From contig CAWCMR010000015.1 in the NCBI GenBank assembly GCA_963796685.1, positions 352,001 through 416,000 of the forward strand: DNA of 64,000 nt, in the 5' to 3' direction. Position numbers and translations under genes: made by a program. Source of the DNA: an uncultured delta proteobacterium (GTDB lineage: Bacteria; Myxococcota_A; Polyangia; Fen-1088). Within the stretch, counting starts at the first letter, position 1. The number at the start of each line of letters is the position of its first letter. Positions 10,982 to 22,215 of this stretch are shown here, in pieces. The notes beneath the pieces were generated by a model. That model searched no databases. It saw only the letters and a list, made by a program, of their open reading frames with translations, and was not told the origin of the DNA.

Positions 10982-11738
10982 CTATGGAGCGCAGCCAGCG
11001 ACCGCCACGTCCACGTGGCCACCGAAGTTGACCTCGGCTGACTGCACTTCCACCGACAAGGTTTTCGACTTGGCGCAGGCGTCTTTGGGAACCTGAACCT
11101 CCCACACCCGCGTTCCACCCGCCAACACATACCAGCCCTCGAGGTTCTTCTCGAACGTGCTCGCGCCCGCGCTGTTGAGAGCCTTCACGCGCACCGACTG
11201 CACCAAGAAATAGACATTGCCCGTGTTCTTGACCGTGAAGGTGAGCTTGCCCTTGGCGAGGGTCATGCCGTCCACCGCGCCCGCAGCCACCGGCTTGGCC
11301 GGGGAAACGAAGATGGGGACGCCCATCTTGGTCAGCACCTTGACCTCGGACTTGCCCGATGTCTGGGGTGCTCGCAGGGGGGCAGTCCTCGACGAAGACC
11401 CGGTAGCTTCGCTCGACGGCGCCCGCCGGTACGGTCGAACCGATGCGCAGCTTGCGCTCTTCGTTGGGCGCCAGGGTGAGGAGACCGGGATAGACCACGA
11501 TGTCCTTGGTGTCCTTGAGCTGCATCTCGCCTTGCGGGCTCTGTTTCCACTCCTGGACGAGAATCTTGAAGCGGATCTCTTCGTTGGTTTGGCTCTGCAG
11601 GGTGAGCAGGGCGCTCTGGTTCTTGCCCGAGAGCGAGACCTTGATGGGGTTGACGGTGAACGAGCTGGCGTCCGCGCTACCGGCCAGACCAACCAGACAG
11701 CCAAGCAGAAGCAGCGATGAAAGTGTGGCTTTCCTCAT
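10982..11738 (-). CDS. Periplasmic pilus chaperone (PapD/CsuC-like); frameshift near 11385
   Basis: FTVNPIKVSL, ERSYRVFVE, MGVPIFVSP, VKNTGNVY, WYVLAG. Confidence 0.9.
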
Positions 11739-11788
11739 GGCAGGTCAGGATACGCTGGTTTGCCGGCTTTGGAAATTTCGCGTTTCCG

Positions 11789-12337
11789 CTAGAAGTTGAT
11801 GGTCGAGACGAGGGTGTCGTTGTAGGTGCCCGCGGTTGCTGCGAGCTGGGCCGGGGGTATGCGACCGTACATGGTCACATACACGACAGAACCCGTGCCG
11901 TTGAGGTCCGCGCCCGAGCGAAGTGTGCCGCTGTCACCAACGCCCCAAACGCTGGTGCGGCCGGTGTCTTGGTACACCTCGTAGTTGATGAGGGTGGTTG
12001 CCGAGCCCATGTTGATCATGCGCCGCTGGCTGCCCGTGTTGTGCGCCCCATTGCCGAGATCGATCGTGATCCCGGTGGTCCCCTTGGTGCATCGAATGAT
12101 GATGTCGCCGGTCTGATCGTCGGGAACGGTCGCGTGCGTATTCACAGGATCGTAGGGCGCGAAGGCAATGATCGCCGTGCCGATGGTACAGCTCGGAGAG
12201 ACCGAGGTGGAAACGTCCACGATGCTGGTTTGGCTGGCGGCGCTGGCGTTCTCCGATTTGCCGCCAAGGAAGACAAACAACAACGAAATTCCGGCGAGCA
12301 CCATTCTTGACGTTCTACGTTCCATGGGAGCAGTCAT
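11789..12337 (-). CDS. Spore coat protein U / Csu-type pilin
   Basis: SCTI, FAPYDP, CTKG, YGRIP, AGTYNDTLVSTINF. Confidence 0.92.
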   Translation of the reverse strand: MTAPMERRTSRMVLAGISLLFVFLGGKSENASAASQTSIVDVSTSVSPSCTIGTAIIAFAPYDPVNTHATVPDDQTGDIIIRCTKGTTGITIDLGNGAHNTGSQRRMINMGSATTLINYEVYQDTGRTSVWGVGDSGTLRSGADLNGTGSVVYVTMYGRIPPAQLAATAGTYNDTLVSTINF

Positions 12338-12383
12338 TTCTCCTGGATCTTGAAGTCACTGGACGCGTGAGCTGCGTTTCCTA

Positions 12384-12440
12384 GCGTGCGTTTCGCAGCT
12401 CGGCCGGGCGAAGAAATCCAGGCCGGGCTGCTTCGCACGC
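12384..12440. other. Intercistronic stem-loop in the pilus operon
   Basis: GCGTGCG..GCAGCTCGGCC / GGCCGGGCTGC..CGCACGC imperfect inverted repeat. Confidence 0.5.
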
Positions 12441-12493
12441 ATCAGGGATAGTCGGCGGACGTCACCTGGACGATTGCGAGAGTTGGACGGGGT

Positions 12494-13003
12494 CTAGAAA
12501 TTGACCGTCGCCGTCACGGTGTCGGTGTAAGCTCCGACCGAAACATCCTGATTGGCGCCAATCGTTGCCAGAATTGCAAAAGTCGCCCAAGCCGTGCTTT
12601 TGGGTGACGCGGGTGGGATCAGCCAGGAACCTGAGGCGTTTCCCCAGACGTCGTTGGGGGCCTTGTACAGTTCATACGAGAGATAATCGGAGCCGCTGGC
12701 GCTGGGCCCCTTCATCTGGCGAGTTCCGTTTGGACTCTTACCGAGGTCGAGTCCAATGGGAGTGACACTCCCTTTGCTGCACTTGATCTTCACGCTCCCT
12801 TCGTTGTTGTTTACGGCAGTCCCGGCGGTTGGATCGTAATCTGGGAAGGTGACCCCAACGGTATCGATTGTGCAACTGGTCTTCACATTCGCGCTCACTG
12901 CAAGATCCTTCGTTGCGGACTGAGTGTAGGTTTGTGCCATGGCCGTGCCAGACGCGAAAATGCTCAACGACGCCAAGACCGGAAACAGTTTCGTAAATTT
13001 CAT
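12494..13003 (-). CDS. Spore coat protein U / Csu-type pilin
   Basis: SCTI, FPDYDP, CSKG, LSYELY, GAYTDTVTATVNF. Confidence 0.92.
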   Translation of the reverse strand: MKFTKLFPVLASLSIFASGTAMAQTYTQSATKDLAVSANVKTSCTIDTVGVTFPDYDPTAGTAVNNNEGSVKIKCSKGSVTPIGLDLGKSPNGTRQMKGPSASGSDYLSYELYKAPNDVWGNASGSWLIPPASPKSTAWATFAILATIGANQDVSVGAYTDTVTATVNF

Positions 13004-13085
13004 CTCTCGTCCTCTCTTTCTTTGTCCACCGTTTTGTTTTCAGCGAGCCAGGTCTTGCCTGGGGGAGATCCAATCGTTGGGGAAA

Positions 13086-13604
13086 TCAGAAGTTGACCGT
13101 GGCAACCACGGTGTCCGCGTAGGTCCCGGCGGGAACATCCTGTGCGGCAGGGATCCGGCCGTAGACCGTGAAGGTGCGCGGAGCCTTGCTGGGGGCCGAG
13201 CCTGCCGAAAATAGGGCCGTGCCGCCGTTGCCCCATACGTTTGTTCTGCCGTTGTCCTGATAGAGCTCGTACGTGAGGTAGTCCGCCGTCGCGTCCTTCA
13301 TGCGGCGGGTGGTGCCGGACGGATTTGAACCGAGACCGAGACCGATGGTGGCCGAGGTGCCCTTGGTGCACGTGACGATCACGGTGCCGACGTCGTCGTC
13401 ATTCGCGGTGGCATTCGTCACGATGGGGTCGTAGGCGCCGAAGGCGACGGGCGTCGTCGAAATCGCGCAGTTCGCACTGACGTTGGCGCTCACGTTCAGA
13501 TTCGCCGTCGAGCTGCCAGCGGAGAGCATGCGCGCGGATCCCATCACCACCGCGCTGCTCATCGCCAAGCAGAGGAAGATTCTTGCCGTTTTCAGGTTGG
13601 TCAT
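13086..13604 (-). CDS. Spore coat protein U / Csu-type pilin (probable major subunit)
   Basis: LNVSANVSANC, AFGAYDP, CTKG, YGRIPAAQDVPAGTYADTVVATVNF. Confidence 0.93.
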   Translation of the reverse strand: MTNLKTARIFLCLAMSSAVVMGSARMLSAGSSTANLNVSANVSANCAISTTPVAFGAYDPIVTNATANDDDVGTVIVTCTKGTSATIGLGLGSNPSGTTRRMKDATADYLTYELYQDNGRTNVWGNGGTALFSAGSAPSKAPRTFTVYGRIPAAQDVPAGTYADTVVATVNF

Positions 13605-13718
13605 GGTTCGGCTTGCTCCGTCTTGGCGGTGGAGACTCATGTCAAAAATCCCGCGCTTGGGTTGTCATCGTGGCGGCTTGAAGCCTCAGGCCGGCCACGT
13701 ATCGCTCGCGCGCAACCT

Positions 13719-13799
13719 GGTGCCCCTCACCCGCCTCGCTGCGCTCGGCGACCTCTCCCCGCTTCGCTCCGCTATGCGGGGCGAGGTGTTTCAGGTCAG
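13719..13799. repeat. Partial repeat module with an empty IS110 target in the pilus operon leader
   Basis: GCCCCTCACCCGCCTCGCTGCGCTCGGCGACCTCTCCCCGC...GCGGGGCGAGGTGTTTCAGGTCAG. Confidence 0.92.
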
Positions 13800-13829
13800 A
13801 GGCGTCGAAGAGCGAAGGGGATTTCATGT

Positions 13830-14039
13830 GCGCGAACAATGCCAAGATTCTATTTTCATAAAATGAAAGGTGCAATACATTTTTTCAAGCTAGAACAAAA
13901 GACCAATATCTTCCGTGGTCTTGCGCAGTCGGACAATGTCTTATTTTTTCTCCAAAATGCGTCGATAGCGAATTTTGTACCCTGCCTTTTCGTCGGTCTT
14001 CCGCCACCCCGAGGCGGTTTTCCGTATCGCTTTTCCGAC
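13830..14039 (-). promoter_or_regulatory. Putative sigma-54 promoter of the pilus operon with paired activator sites
   Basis: Minus strand TTGGCATTGTTCGCGC (13830-13845); AT-rich tract; GTCGG-TCTT-CCGCC (13992-14005) and ATCGC-TTTT-CCGAC (14026-14039). Confidence 0.5.
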
Positions 14040-14113
14040 GGCTGGGGCGCGAGCGCAGGCTCGGAATCGCTCGGTCGAAACGCGCCTCGGTCAGCCGAGG
14101 CAGGTGGCTTGCG

Positions 14114-16129
14114 CTACTTGCGCGACGGCCGATCAGGCTTCTTGCCGGGGCTGTTCTTGCTCGCGGCCTTGCTGCGTTTCTCGTCGAGATCGGCGAAGGA
14201 CTCCGCGGTGTCGACTTTGTACAGATCCGCCTCGCGCTCGAAGAAGTCCCTTTCGAGCGGCGAGAAGCTTCCGCTCTGCCGCCTCTTTTCCGTCGGCGCG
14301 ACGGCCGGCTCGCCAGGGCTCGACGCAGCCTCATGGCCCGTCGGCATGTGGGGAGCCGTGGTCAACGATGGATCGATCTGAAACGACGACGAGACACGTT
14401 CCAGCCTGCGTGAAATCTTGCCCGAGGGCGGCACCTGGATCTCGCCGGTCACGAGCGCGGCGCTCGGCTCGGTCTCGGGAACGGAGGAGGCCACGGCTGG
14501 CGTGCCAGCATTGGCCGGCTCGGAGGCCAGGGTCGCATCGAGCTGGATCGACATCCGTGCCGCTGGCATCTGTTGGCTGGTCCTGCGCGAGGGCGCGGCT
14601 TGGATTTCACCCGTGATCCGTACCACGGGGCCAGCAGCCGCCAGTTCCGACGAGGGACTTGGCGCCATGGGGCTTGGGATGGCAGGATCCGCTGTGGCCG
14701 ATTCGTGCGCCCTTGCCATGGCGATTGTCGCGGTATCCACCACGATGGAGGTTCGCTCGGGAACGGCGCGTGGATTGGAACGGGTTCGTCGCTCGCGTGG
14801 CTCGATGATCCCGCTGGCCTGCGCCCCCGTCGACGTCATCTTGTGTACCGCCGTGAACGGCGTATGGACGATGCCGGATTCGCCTGGGCCGATTCCCTGC
14901 GTTCCGGTGGCAGGCGAAGGCGCGGCCGGCGCCGGATCAGCTTCGGGCGTGCGTACGGAGGTCGTAACGATCTCCAGGGTCTTCTTGTGCGTGTGACCCA
15001 TGCCTTGGCCGGGCAAGGATTCGTTGCGAGCCTCGGGGGGGGCGCGCAGCTGCGAATCGCCTGGCTGCGGCGTTGGCGTCGTGCCACCGTCGGCGCGTGC
15101 CGGGGGCGTGTGGGGAGTCGCCGACCCCACGATGCGGGCGGTCTCCCAGAACTCCTCGATCGGCAGGCGCGCGGGCTTGGCATCCGAGTCTGGCTTGGGA
15201 TCGCGGCGCGCCAGGATCGCTAGCTCGACCAGTCTTGCCACGATTCGAATGGTGTCGAGAACACGAAAGGGGCTTTCGTCGATGATGTCCGAAAGTGTCC
15301 GCTGTCCGTCGCACAGGCGAACGACGGGCGTCACCTCTGCGGGAACAGCGTTGGCCGAGCTCTGGAGACGTTCCTCGATTCTCGAGTAGACGGTGGAGGG
15401 CGGGCCGACATCCTTCATCGCGTGGGCAAAATCACGCTGGAACCGATCGAGCTCCTCCAGGAACTCCTGGGCGGTCTGGTGCAACTGCCCGCGCCGTACG
15501 ATCGGGCGAAGATGCAATTTCAGCGCGCCATCGTTCCAGACCAGGACGTGCTGGACCGCTGCCATGCCCTGGAGTTGGTGGACCTGGGCCGCAGTCAGCT
15601 CGCCTTGATGAAACAGGATTTCGCCATGTCGGCCCTTGCGCTCGAGCTCGAGCAGGCCGGAACGCCCTAGCCCGCACAGGGTTCGAATCAGCGACAGCGT
15701 GGTCGCGGCCGTGATGGGGAGCCCGAAGGAAGGCTCATCACCCGGGTTTTGCGCCATGGACGCGCCCGCCTCGACCAGCAACTGACTCGCGGTCAGAACG
15801 TCGCGCACGAAGGCCGGCAGCGGCAGCAGATCCGCGTCACCGCTCTCTTTGAGCGTCTTGCGCAACTCCTCGGGGCCGAGAACCAGCAAGGGTAGGGTGC
15901 GGAATGCCTCCTTGCTGCGTACCTGGCGAATGAGCGAATGAGCCTTGTCGTGGTCATTGCGCGACGCGACGACGACGATCTCGGCACCCGCGGCCCTGAC
16001 CAGCAGCGATGCGGTCTCGGGTGTCGGACAGGCAGTGATTCGCCAGTCCGCGCCTTGAAACCCATAGACCAGGGCTTCGAGCCCCTTTGGATCGGCGTCG
16101 ACGATGAGCGCGGAGTGCAAGCTGGACAT
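14114..16129 (-). CDS. Degenerate REC plus DUF4388/PatA-like domain protein with a long low-complexity tail
   Basis: ALIVDAD N-terminus; RSGLLEL..GEILFHQGEL..A, VLVWNDG; LCDGQRTLSDIIDESP. Confidence 0.75.
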   Translation of the reverse strand: MSSLHSALIVDADPKGLEALVYGFQGADWRITACPTPETASLLVRAAGAEIVVVASRNDHDKAHSLIRQVRSKEAFRTLPLLVLGPEELRKTLKESGDADLLPLPAFVRDVLTASQLLVEAGASMAQNPGDEPSFGLPITAATTLSLIRTLCGLGRSGLLELERKGRHGEILFHQGELTAAQVHQLQGMAAVQHVLVWNDGALKLHLRPIVRRGQLHQTAQEFLEELDRFQRDFAHAMKDVGPPSTVYSRIEERLQSSANAVPAEVTPVVRLCDGQRTLSDIIDESPFRVLDTIRIVARLVELAILARRDPKPDSDAKPARLPIEEFWETARIVGSATPHTPPARADGGTTPTPQPGDSQLRAPPEARNESLPGQGMGHTHKKTLEIVTTSVRTPEADPAPAAPSPATGTQGIGPGESGIVHTPFTAVHKMTSTGAQASGIIEPRERRTRSNPRAVPERTSIVVDTATIAMARAHESATADPAIPSPMAPSPSSELAAAGPVVRITGEIQAAPSRRTSQQMPAARMSIQLDATLASEPANAGTPAVASSVPETEPSAALVTGEIQVPPSGKISRRLERVSSSFQIDPSLTTAPHMPTGHEAASSPGEPAVAPTEKRRQSGSFSPLERDFFEREADLYKVDTAESFADLDEKRSKAASKNSPGKKPDRPSRK

Positions 16130-16267
16130 GGTGTTGGGCTGAAAGGCGGCAGCCCAAGAGCCAGTATATCGGCGACACGGATTTGCCGCACGAACGAATC
16201 GCGTTGGAAGAGGATCAATCGGTGTGATCGCCGTAACCGAACCCCGAGGCTCCGGTCGAGTTTCCAG

Positions 16268-16735
16268 AGTAAGGCATCCCCCGGCAAACCCGGGTGCTTT
16301 TCCCATAATCCCGCGATAGGCGCGGGAGGTCGTGGCCGTGGTCTTGGCCGTGGCCGTGGTCGGAGTGATCTTCGTCGGCCACGGCCACAGCCACGACTAC
16401 GACTACGACCACCACTCGCCGTTCCGATTGGGTGCGAGCATCCATCGTGGAAAGGTGTCTCTTTCTGCCGCCTTCCGCGAGAGCACTGCGCTTGTCGCGG
16501 GATTAGGGCATTTCCGTCGCTGGCTCTGCAAAGGGGCCCCTTCGGCGACGGGGCACGGAGCCGGACCTGAATGCGACCAACCGAGGTCAACCCGCGCTCA
16601 GCAACGGTCGACAGATCGCTGGGCAAGTCCAGACGCTCTGCACCGGGCCCACACTTCCACTTTTTCTCGCGTTCACCTCGGTAGCGGCTCCCTGATCAAA
16701 CCTTGGACGCCTCCCCGGCAGAGCCGGGGAATCTG
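16268..16735 (-). mobile_element. Possible non-autonomous IS200/IS605-like remnant
   Basis: Two related hairpins, CCCCGGCAAACCCGGG (~16278-16294) and TCCCCGGC-AGA-GCCGGGGA (16712-16730), bracket ~400 bp with no transposase. Confidence 0.3.
16308..16416. repeat. Hexamer-based (GTGGCC/CACGAC) palindromic repeat, copy 1
   Basis: ATCCCGCGATAGGCGCGGGAGGTCGTGGCCGTGG shared with 36755; inverted GTGGCC/GGCCAC runs. Confidence 0.7.
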
Positions 16736-16750
16736 GTTAGTCTATCGTTG

Positions 16751-16822
16751 AGGTGCCGCCCGGATTTGAACCGGGGAATGAAGGTTTTGCAGACCTTTGC
16801 CTTACCACTTGGCCACGGCACC
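16751..16822 (-). tRNA. tRNA-Cys(GCA), CCA not encoded
   Basis: GGTGCCGTGGCCAAGTGGTAAGGC...CTGCAAA...GGTTCAAATCC...CGGCACCT cloverleaf. Confidence 0.96.
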
Positions 16823-17851
16823 GAGGGTGACTTCCCTTATGTAGCACATCGATCGGCTAGACGGTCAACCCGTATTGAGCGTGGTCGAAGCAAGACCTCG
16901 CCTGTCGAAATCCCGCCTGGCACGGTACGCGACAGCCTTGAGCTGGAGCGGGCGATGGAGTGGCCCGCTTTCCGTCCTCCAAGCACGCGAAGGCTGCGCC
17001 TGGTTTTGCCAGGGCCAGAGCGCGCGAGGCCGAGCGAAGCGAGCGGGGTGGTGGGTGGTGGTGGCGGGTAGGGGCCGAGGGTTTGGCGAGGCCGCGCGCA
17101 GCGCGGGGGGTGGCAAGCGGGGTGGCGGGTGCCGAGCAGGAGGGTATGGGAACCCTCCGAGGGATCCCATCACCCGCGTAGGCGAAGGCGAGCTTTGCTC
17201 GGCTCCGCCAGAGCGCGCGAGGCCGAGCGAAGCGAGCGGGGAGGAGGGTGGCGGGTAGGGGCCGAGGGTATGGGAACCCTCCCAGGAACCCTCCCAGTAC
17301 GGCCGCCGGGGCGAAGGCCCGGATCCTTCAGGCGTGAAACGTGACAGCCCCTCACCCGCCTCGCTGCGCTCGGCGACCTCTCCCCGCTTCGCTTCGCTAC
17401 GCGGGGCGAGGTGTTTCAGGTCAGGGATCCCATCACCCGCGTAGGCGAAGGCGAGCTTTGCCCGCCGGAGCCAGAGCGCGCGAGGCCGAGCGAAGCGAGC
17501 GGGGAGGAGGGTGGCGGGTAGGGGCCGAGGGTATGGGAACCCTCCCAGGAACCCTCCCAGTACCGCCGCCGGGGCGAAGGCCCGGATCCTTCAGGCGTGA
17601 AACGTGACAGCCCCTCACCCGCCTCGCTGCGCTCGGCGACCTCTCCCCGCTTCGCTTCGCTACGCGGGGCGAGGTGTTTCAGGTCAGGGATCCCATCACC
17701 CGCGTAGGCGAAGGCGAGCTTTGCCCGCCGGAGCCAGAGCGCGCGAGGCCGAGCGAAGCGAGCGGGGAGGAGGGTGGCGGGTAGGGGCCGAGGGCATGGG
17801 AACCCTCCCAGTACCGCCGCCGGGGCGAAGGCCCGGATCCTTCAGGCGTGA

Positions 17852-19096
<1,245 letters not shown>

Positions 19097-19781
19097 CCTT
19101 GACTAGGAACACAGATGCTCACCCGCCTCGCTGCGCTCGGCGACCTCTCCCCGCTTCGCTTCGCTATGCGGGGCGAGGTGTTTCAGGTCAGGGATCCCAT
19201 CACCCGCGTTGGCGTAGGCGAGCTTTGCTCGCCGGAGCCAGAGCGCGCGAGGCCGAGCGAAGCGAGCGGGGAGGAGGGTGGCGGGTAGGGGCCGAGGGTA
19301 TGGGAACCCTCCCAGTACGGCCGCCGGGGCGAAGGCCCGGATCCTTCAGGCGTGAAACGTGACAGCCCCTCACCCGCCTCGCTGCGCTCGGCGACCTCTC
19401 CCCGCTTCGCTTCGCTACGCGGGGCGAGGTGTTTCAGGTCAGGGATCCCATCACCCGCGTTGGCGTAGGCGAGCTTTGCTCGCCGGAGCCAGAGCGCGCG
19501 AGGCCGAGCGAAGCGAGCGGGGAGGAGGGTGGCGGGTAGGGGCCGAGGGTATGGGAACCCTCCCAGTACGGCCGCCGGGGCGAAGGCCCGGATCCTTCAG
19601 GCGTGAAACGTGACAGCCCCTCACCCGCCTCGCTGCGCTCGGCGACCTCTCCCCGCTTCGCTTCGCTACGCGGGGCGAGGTGTTTCAGGTCAGGGATCCC
19701 ATCACCCGCGTTGGCGTAGGCGAGCTTTGCTCGCCGGAGCCAGAGCGCGGGAGGGTATGGGAACCCTCCCAGGGTTCCCAT

Positions 19782-22165
19782 CTAGATCGTCTCGTTCCTG
19801 TCATCTGTCTCTGGGCGCACCGGGGCGCCGGTTCGCAGGTAGCGCGAGGCCATCTCGAATTCGAAGAACGAGATCATTTTGGTCTCCACGACCTTGCCCC
19901 ACAGGGCGTGGGCTTCTTCGCGCTGCCCGTTCGACAGTCGCCGCATGGCCTCGTAGAAATACGCCTCGGCGCGCTTGCCACGGGTGTCGGCCTTGGCAAG
20001 CAGGTTGGCATCGTCGATCTGGCCGATCGCGTATCGGGCAAGCTCGGTGTACCAGGGGGCGGCGCGCGATGGGCGTAGCAGGATCTTCCGGCCGGCGATG
20101 GTGCGCAGGTAGGCCATCGCGCCCGCGTCGGGAACGTTGGAGCTGCGCCGGGTGAGATCGAGAATCCACAGCGAGGCGTAGACTTTCACGTACTCGGACA
20201 CCGCCCGCGTGGACTTGGCGAGGGCACGACGGTAGATGTCGAGGGCGGCCTCGCTTTCTCCCCGCTGCACCAAGAAGGCGATAGCGTCGAGGTAGCTTTG
20301 ATCGCGATCCTCGTCCTGTGCGATGGCTTCGTCGAGCTTGCGCAGTCCTTCTTCGCGGCGACCTAGCAGGTAGTACAGCCGACCAACTTCGAAGGTGGCC
20401 TCGGCGGAATAGGAAAGATTCTTGCGCCGCATCTGTTCCATCATCAGCCGTTCCCAGCCGCGTGCGGAAACGCTCCAGGCCTTGCGCGCGTCATCCATGT
20501 CGGCCGTGATCTCGTAGGCATTGCCAAGCAGGTAGGACAATTTGGCCTGACCCTCGACGTACGGGATGGTGTCCTCGGCCGGCGCGTTGCGCTCGCGGGA
20601 ATCCAGGGATTGGCGCAAGAGCACGATGGCCTTCCGGGGTTCGCCGCGCTTGATGAACAAGCTGGCCAGTTGCCGGGTGATGTCCACGCTCGCATCGCCG
20701 CGGCGAGCTCGCGACAGCAGCGGGGCGGCTTTGTCGATTTGTCCGGCGTCGACCATGCCGCCGGCCAGGACGTAGTCGATATCGGAATCGTCGAGCTTGA
20801 AATGGGCCGCTCCGTACCGGCCGCGCGCTTCGGCGAACTCGGTGCGCAGACGTTCGGCTTCGCGCTCGGACTCGGCAATGCGATCCGGATCCATGTGCAT
20901 CTTGAGGCGCAGGAAGGCCAGCTCCATGCGTTCCTCGGCGAGCTCCGCGAGCAAGTCCGGGTCGGCTTTGCGCGAGGCTGCTGCCGCCGCTGCCTCGTCG
21001 AGGTAGCGCAGCGACAGCAGCGGCGCAGAAATCATGCGCGCGACCCGTGAGGCCAGGAGCAGAAGGTCGGGATCGTTGGCGTAGACCGCGAGCCCCTCGC
21101 GCAGAACTCCCATGGCCGTCTGGGGGTCGATGCGATCCGTGGAGGTTCCGTGCAGCATCTCGTTGCGCGGCAGAAATCGTCGGGCCAGTGCCAGGTAGTC
21201 GGCAGCCTTGGCGCGGGGCGAGGCCACCGCGAGGGTGAGCTGACGGAGCTTCCGGGTCGTCGCCGGGCTTGTCCGCGAAGTGCTCGGCCGCCTGATTGGC
21301 CTTGGCCAACTGCCCGCAGCGCAGGTAGATGGCCGCCGCGGATACCGACATGGCCGAAAGGGATTCGGTGTCGAGAAGCAGCTCGCTGAGCAGGCCGCGT
21401 GGTCCTTCGCCGGAGCCGATGGGCCGCCTCAGGAACCCGGCCACCTTGTCCTGGTGGGCGAACACGAGGCGAGCCAATCGATCCACCACATCGGGCGCTG
21501 GCCAGACCGCCGCGACGCTCTCGAGAACGTCGGTCGTCGAGGCCAATCGGCGAGGCTGCCCGCCTCCGAGCTGCGCCCCGGAATCGAGCCAGGAGAAGAG
21601 CTGCTCGAGGCGGGATGGCCATTCGCGATTGGCACCGTCCGTCGATTGCAGGACGAACAGCGACGTGGCCACGGGAAGCTCGTTGCCGCGTGGGGAATAG
21701 GCGGCCAGGACGAGCTTCGCCGACTTTTGCAAGAGCTGTCGTTCTCGTTCGGAGAGTCGCGGCCCACCCGCCGCCCACAAGGCGCTCGGCGGAAACAGAA
21801 TCGAGCGCATCCCGAAACGAGTCCTGCAAGCGATCGAAATCGTCTTCGCCACCCAGCAACGAAGGGTCACGCCGCAACTGTTCCGCATCGAGCGCCGCGA
21901 TGGGGGCGAGCAGGTAGTCGAGAAGCCTGCCGCGCAGGCGGGCGCGCTCGAGCGTGTTCTCCGGAAGCGCCTGGTAGAGCAGCCTGGCCTCGAAAAAGTC
22001 TTCTTCGCAGGTGATGGCACCGAGGGTGTCGGCTTCGTTCGCGAGCGCTCGCGAGGTCGGGCTGAGGTCGGCGGGTTTTCCGGTGGTGCCGTGGGCGCAG
22101 CCAAGCAGACCGGCAAGGCCGAGGGAAACGATCAGGCAAGGCCTGCGTGGCAATTGGGTCGACAT
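19782..22165 (-). CDS. Large TPR-repeat lipoprotein; frameshifts near 21800 and 21250
   Basis: Lipobox LLGC; three overlapping ORFs (21032-22165, 20491-22116, 19782-21227) give one helical protein ending AEAYFYEA...FFEFEMA. Confidence 0.75.
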
Positions 22166-22215
22166 GGCCGAAGTCTAGCGCGGAGAGGTTCCCGCGCGCT
22201 ATAAAGCGGTGCTCA

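Noticed and set aside
16933-16996. Small RNA upstream of the array
   Set aside because: Only an imperfect GC-rich hairpin, with no recognisable family, promoter or terminator.
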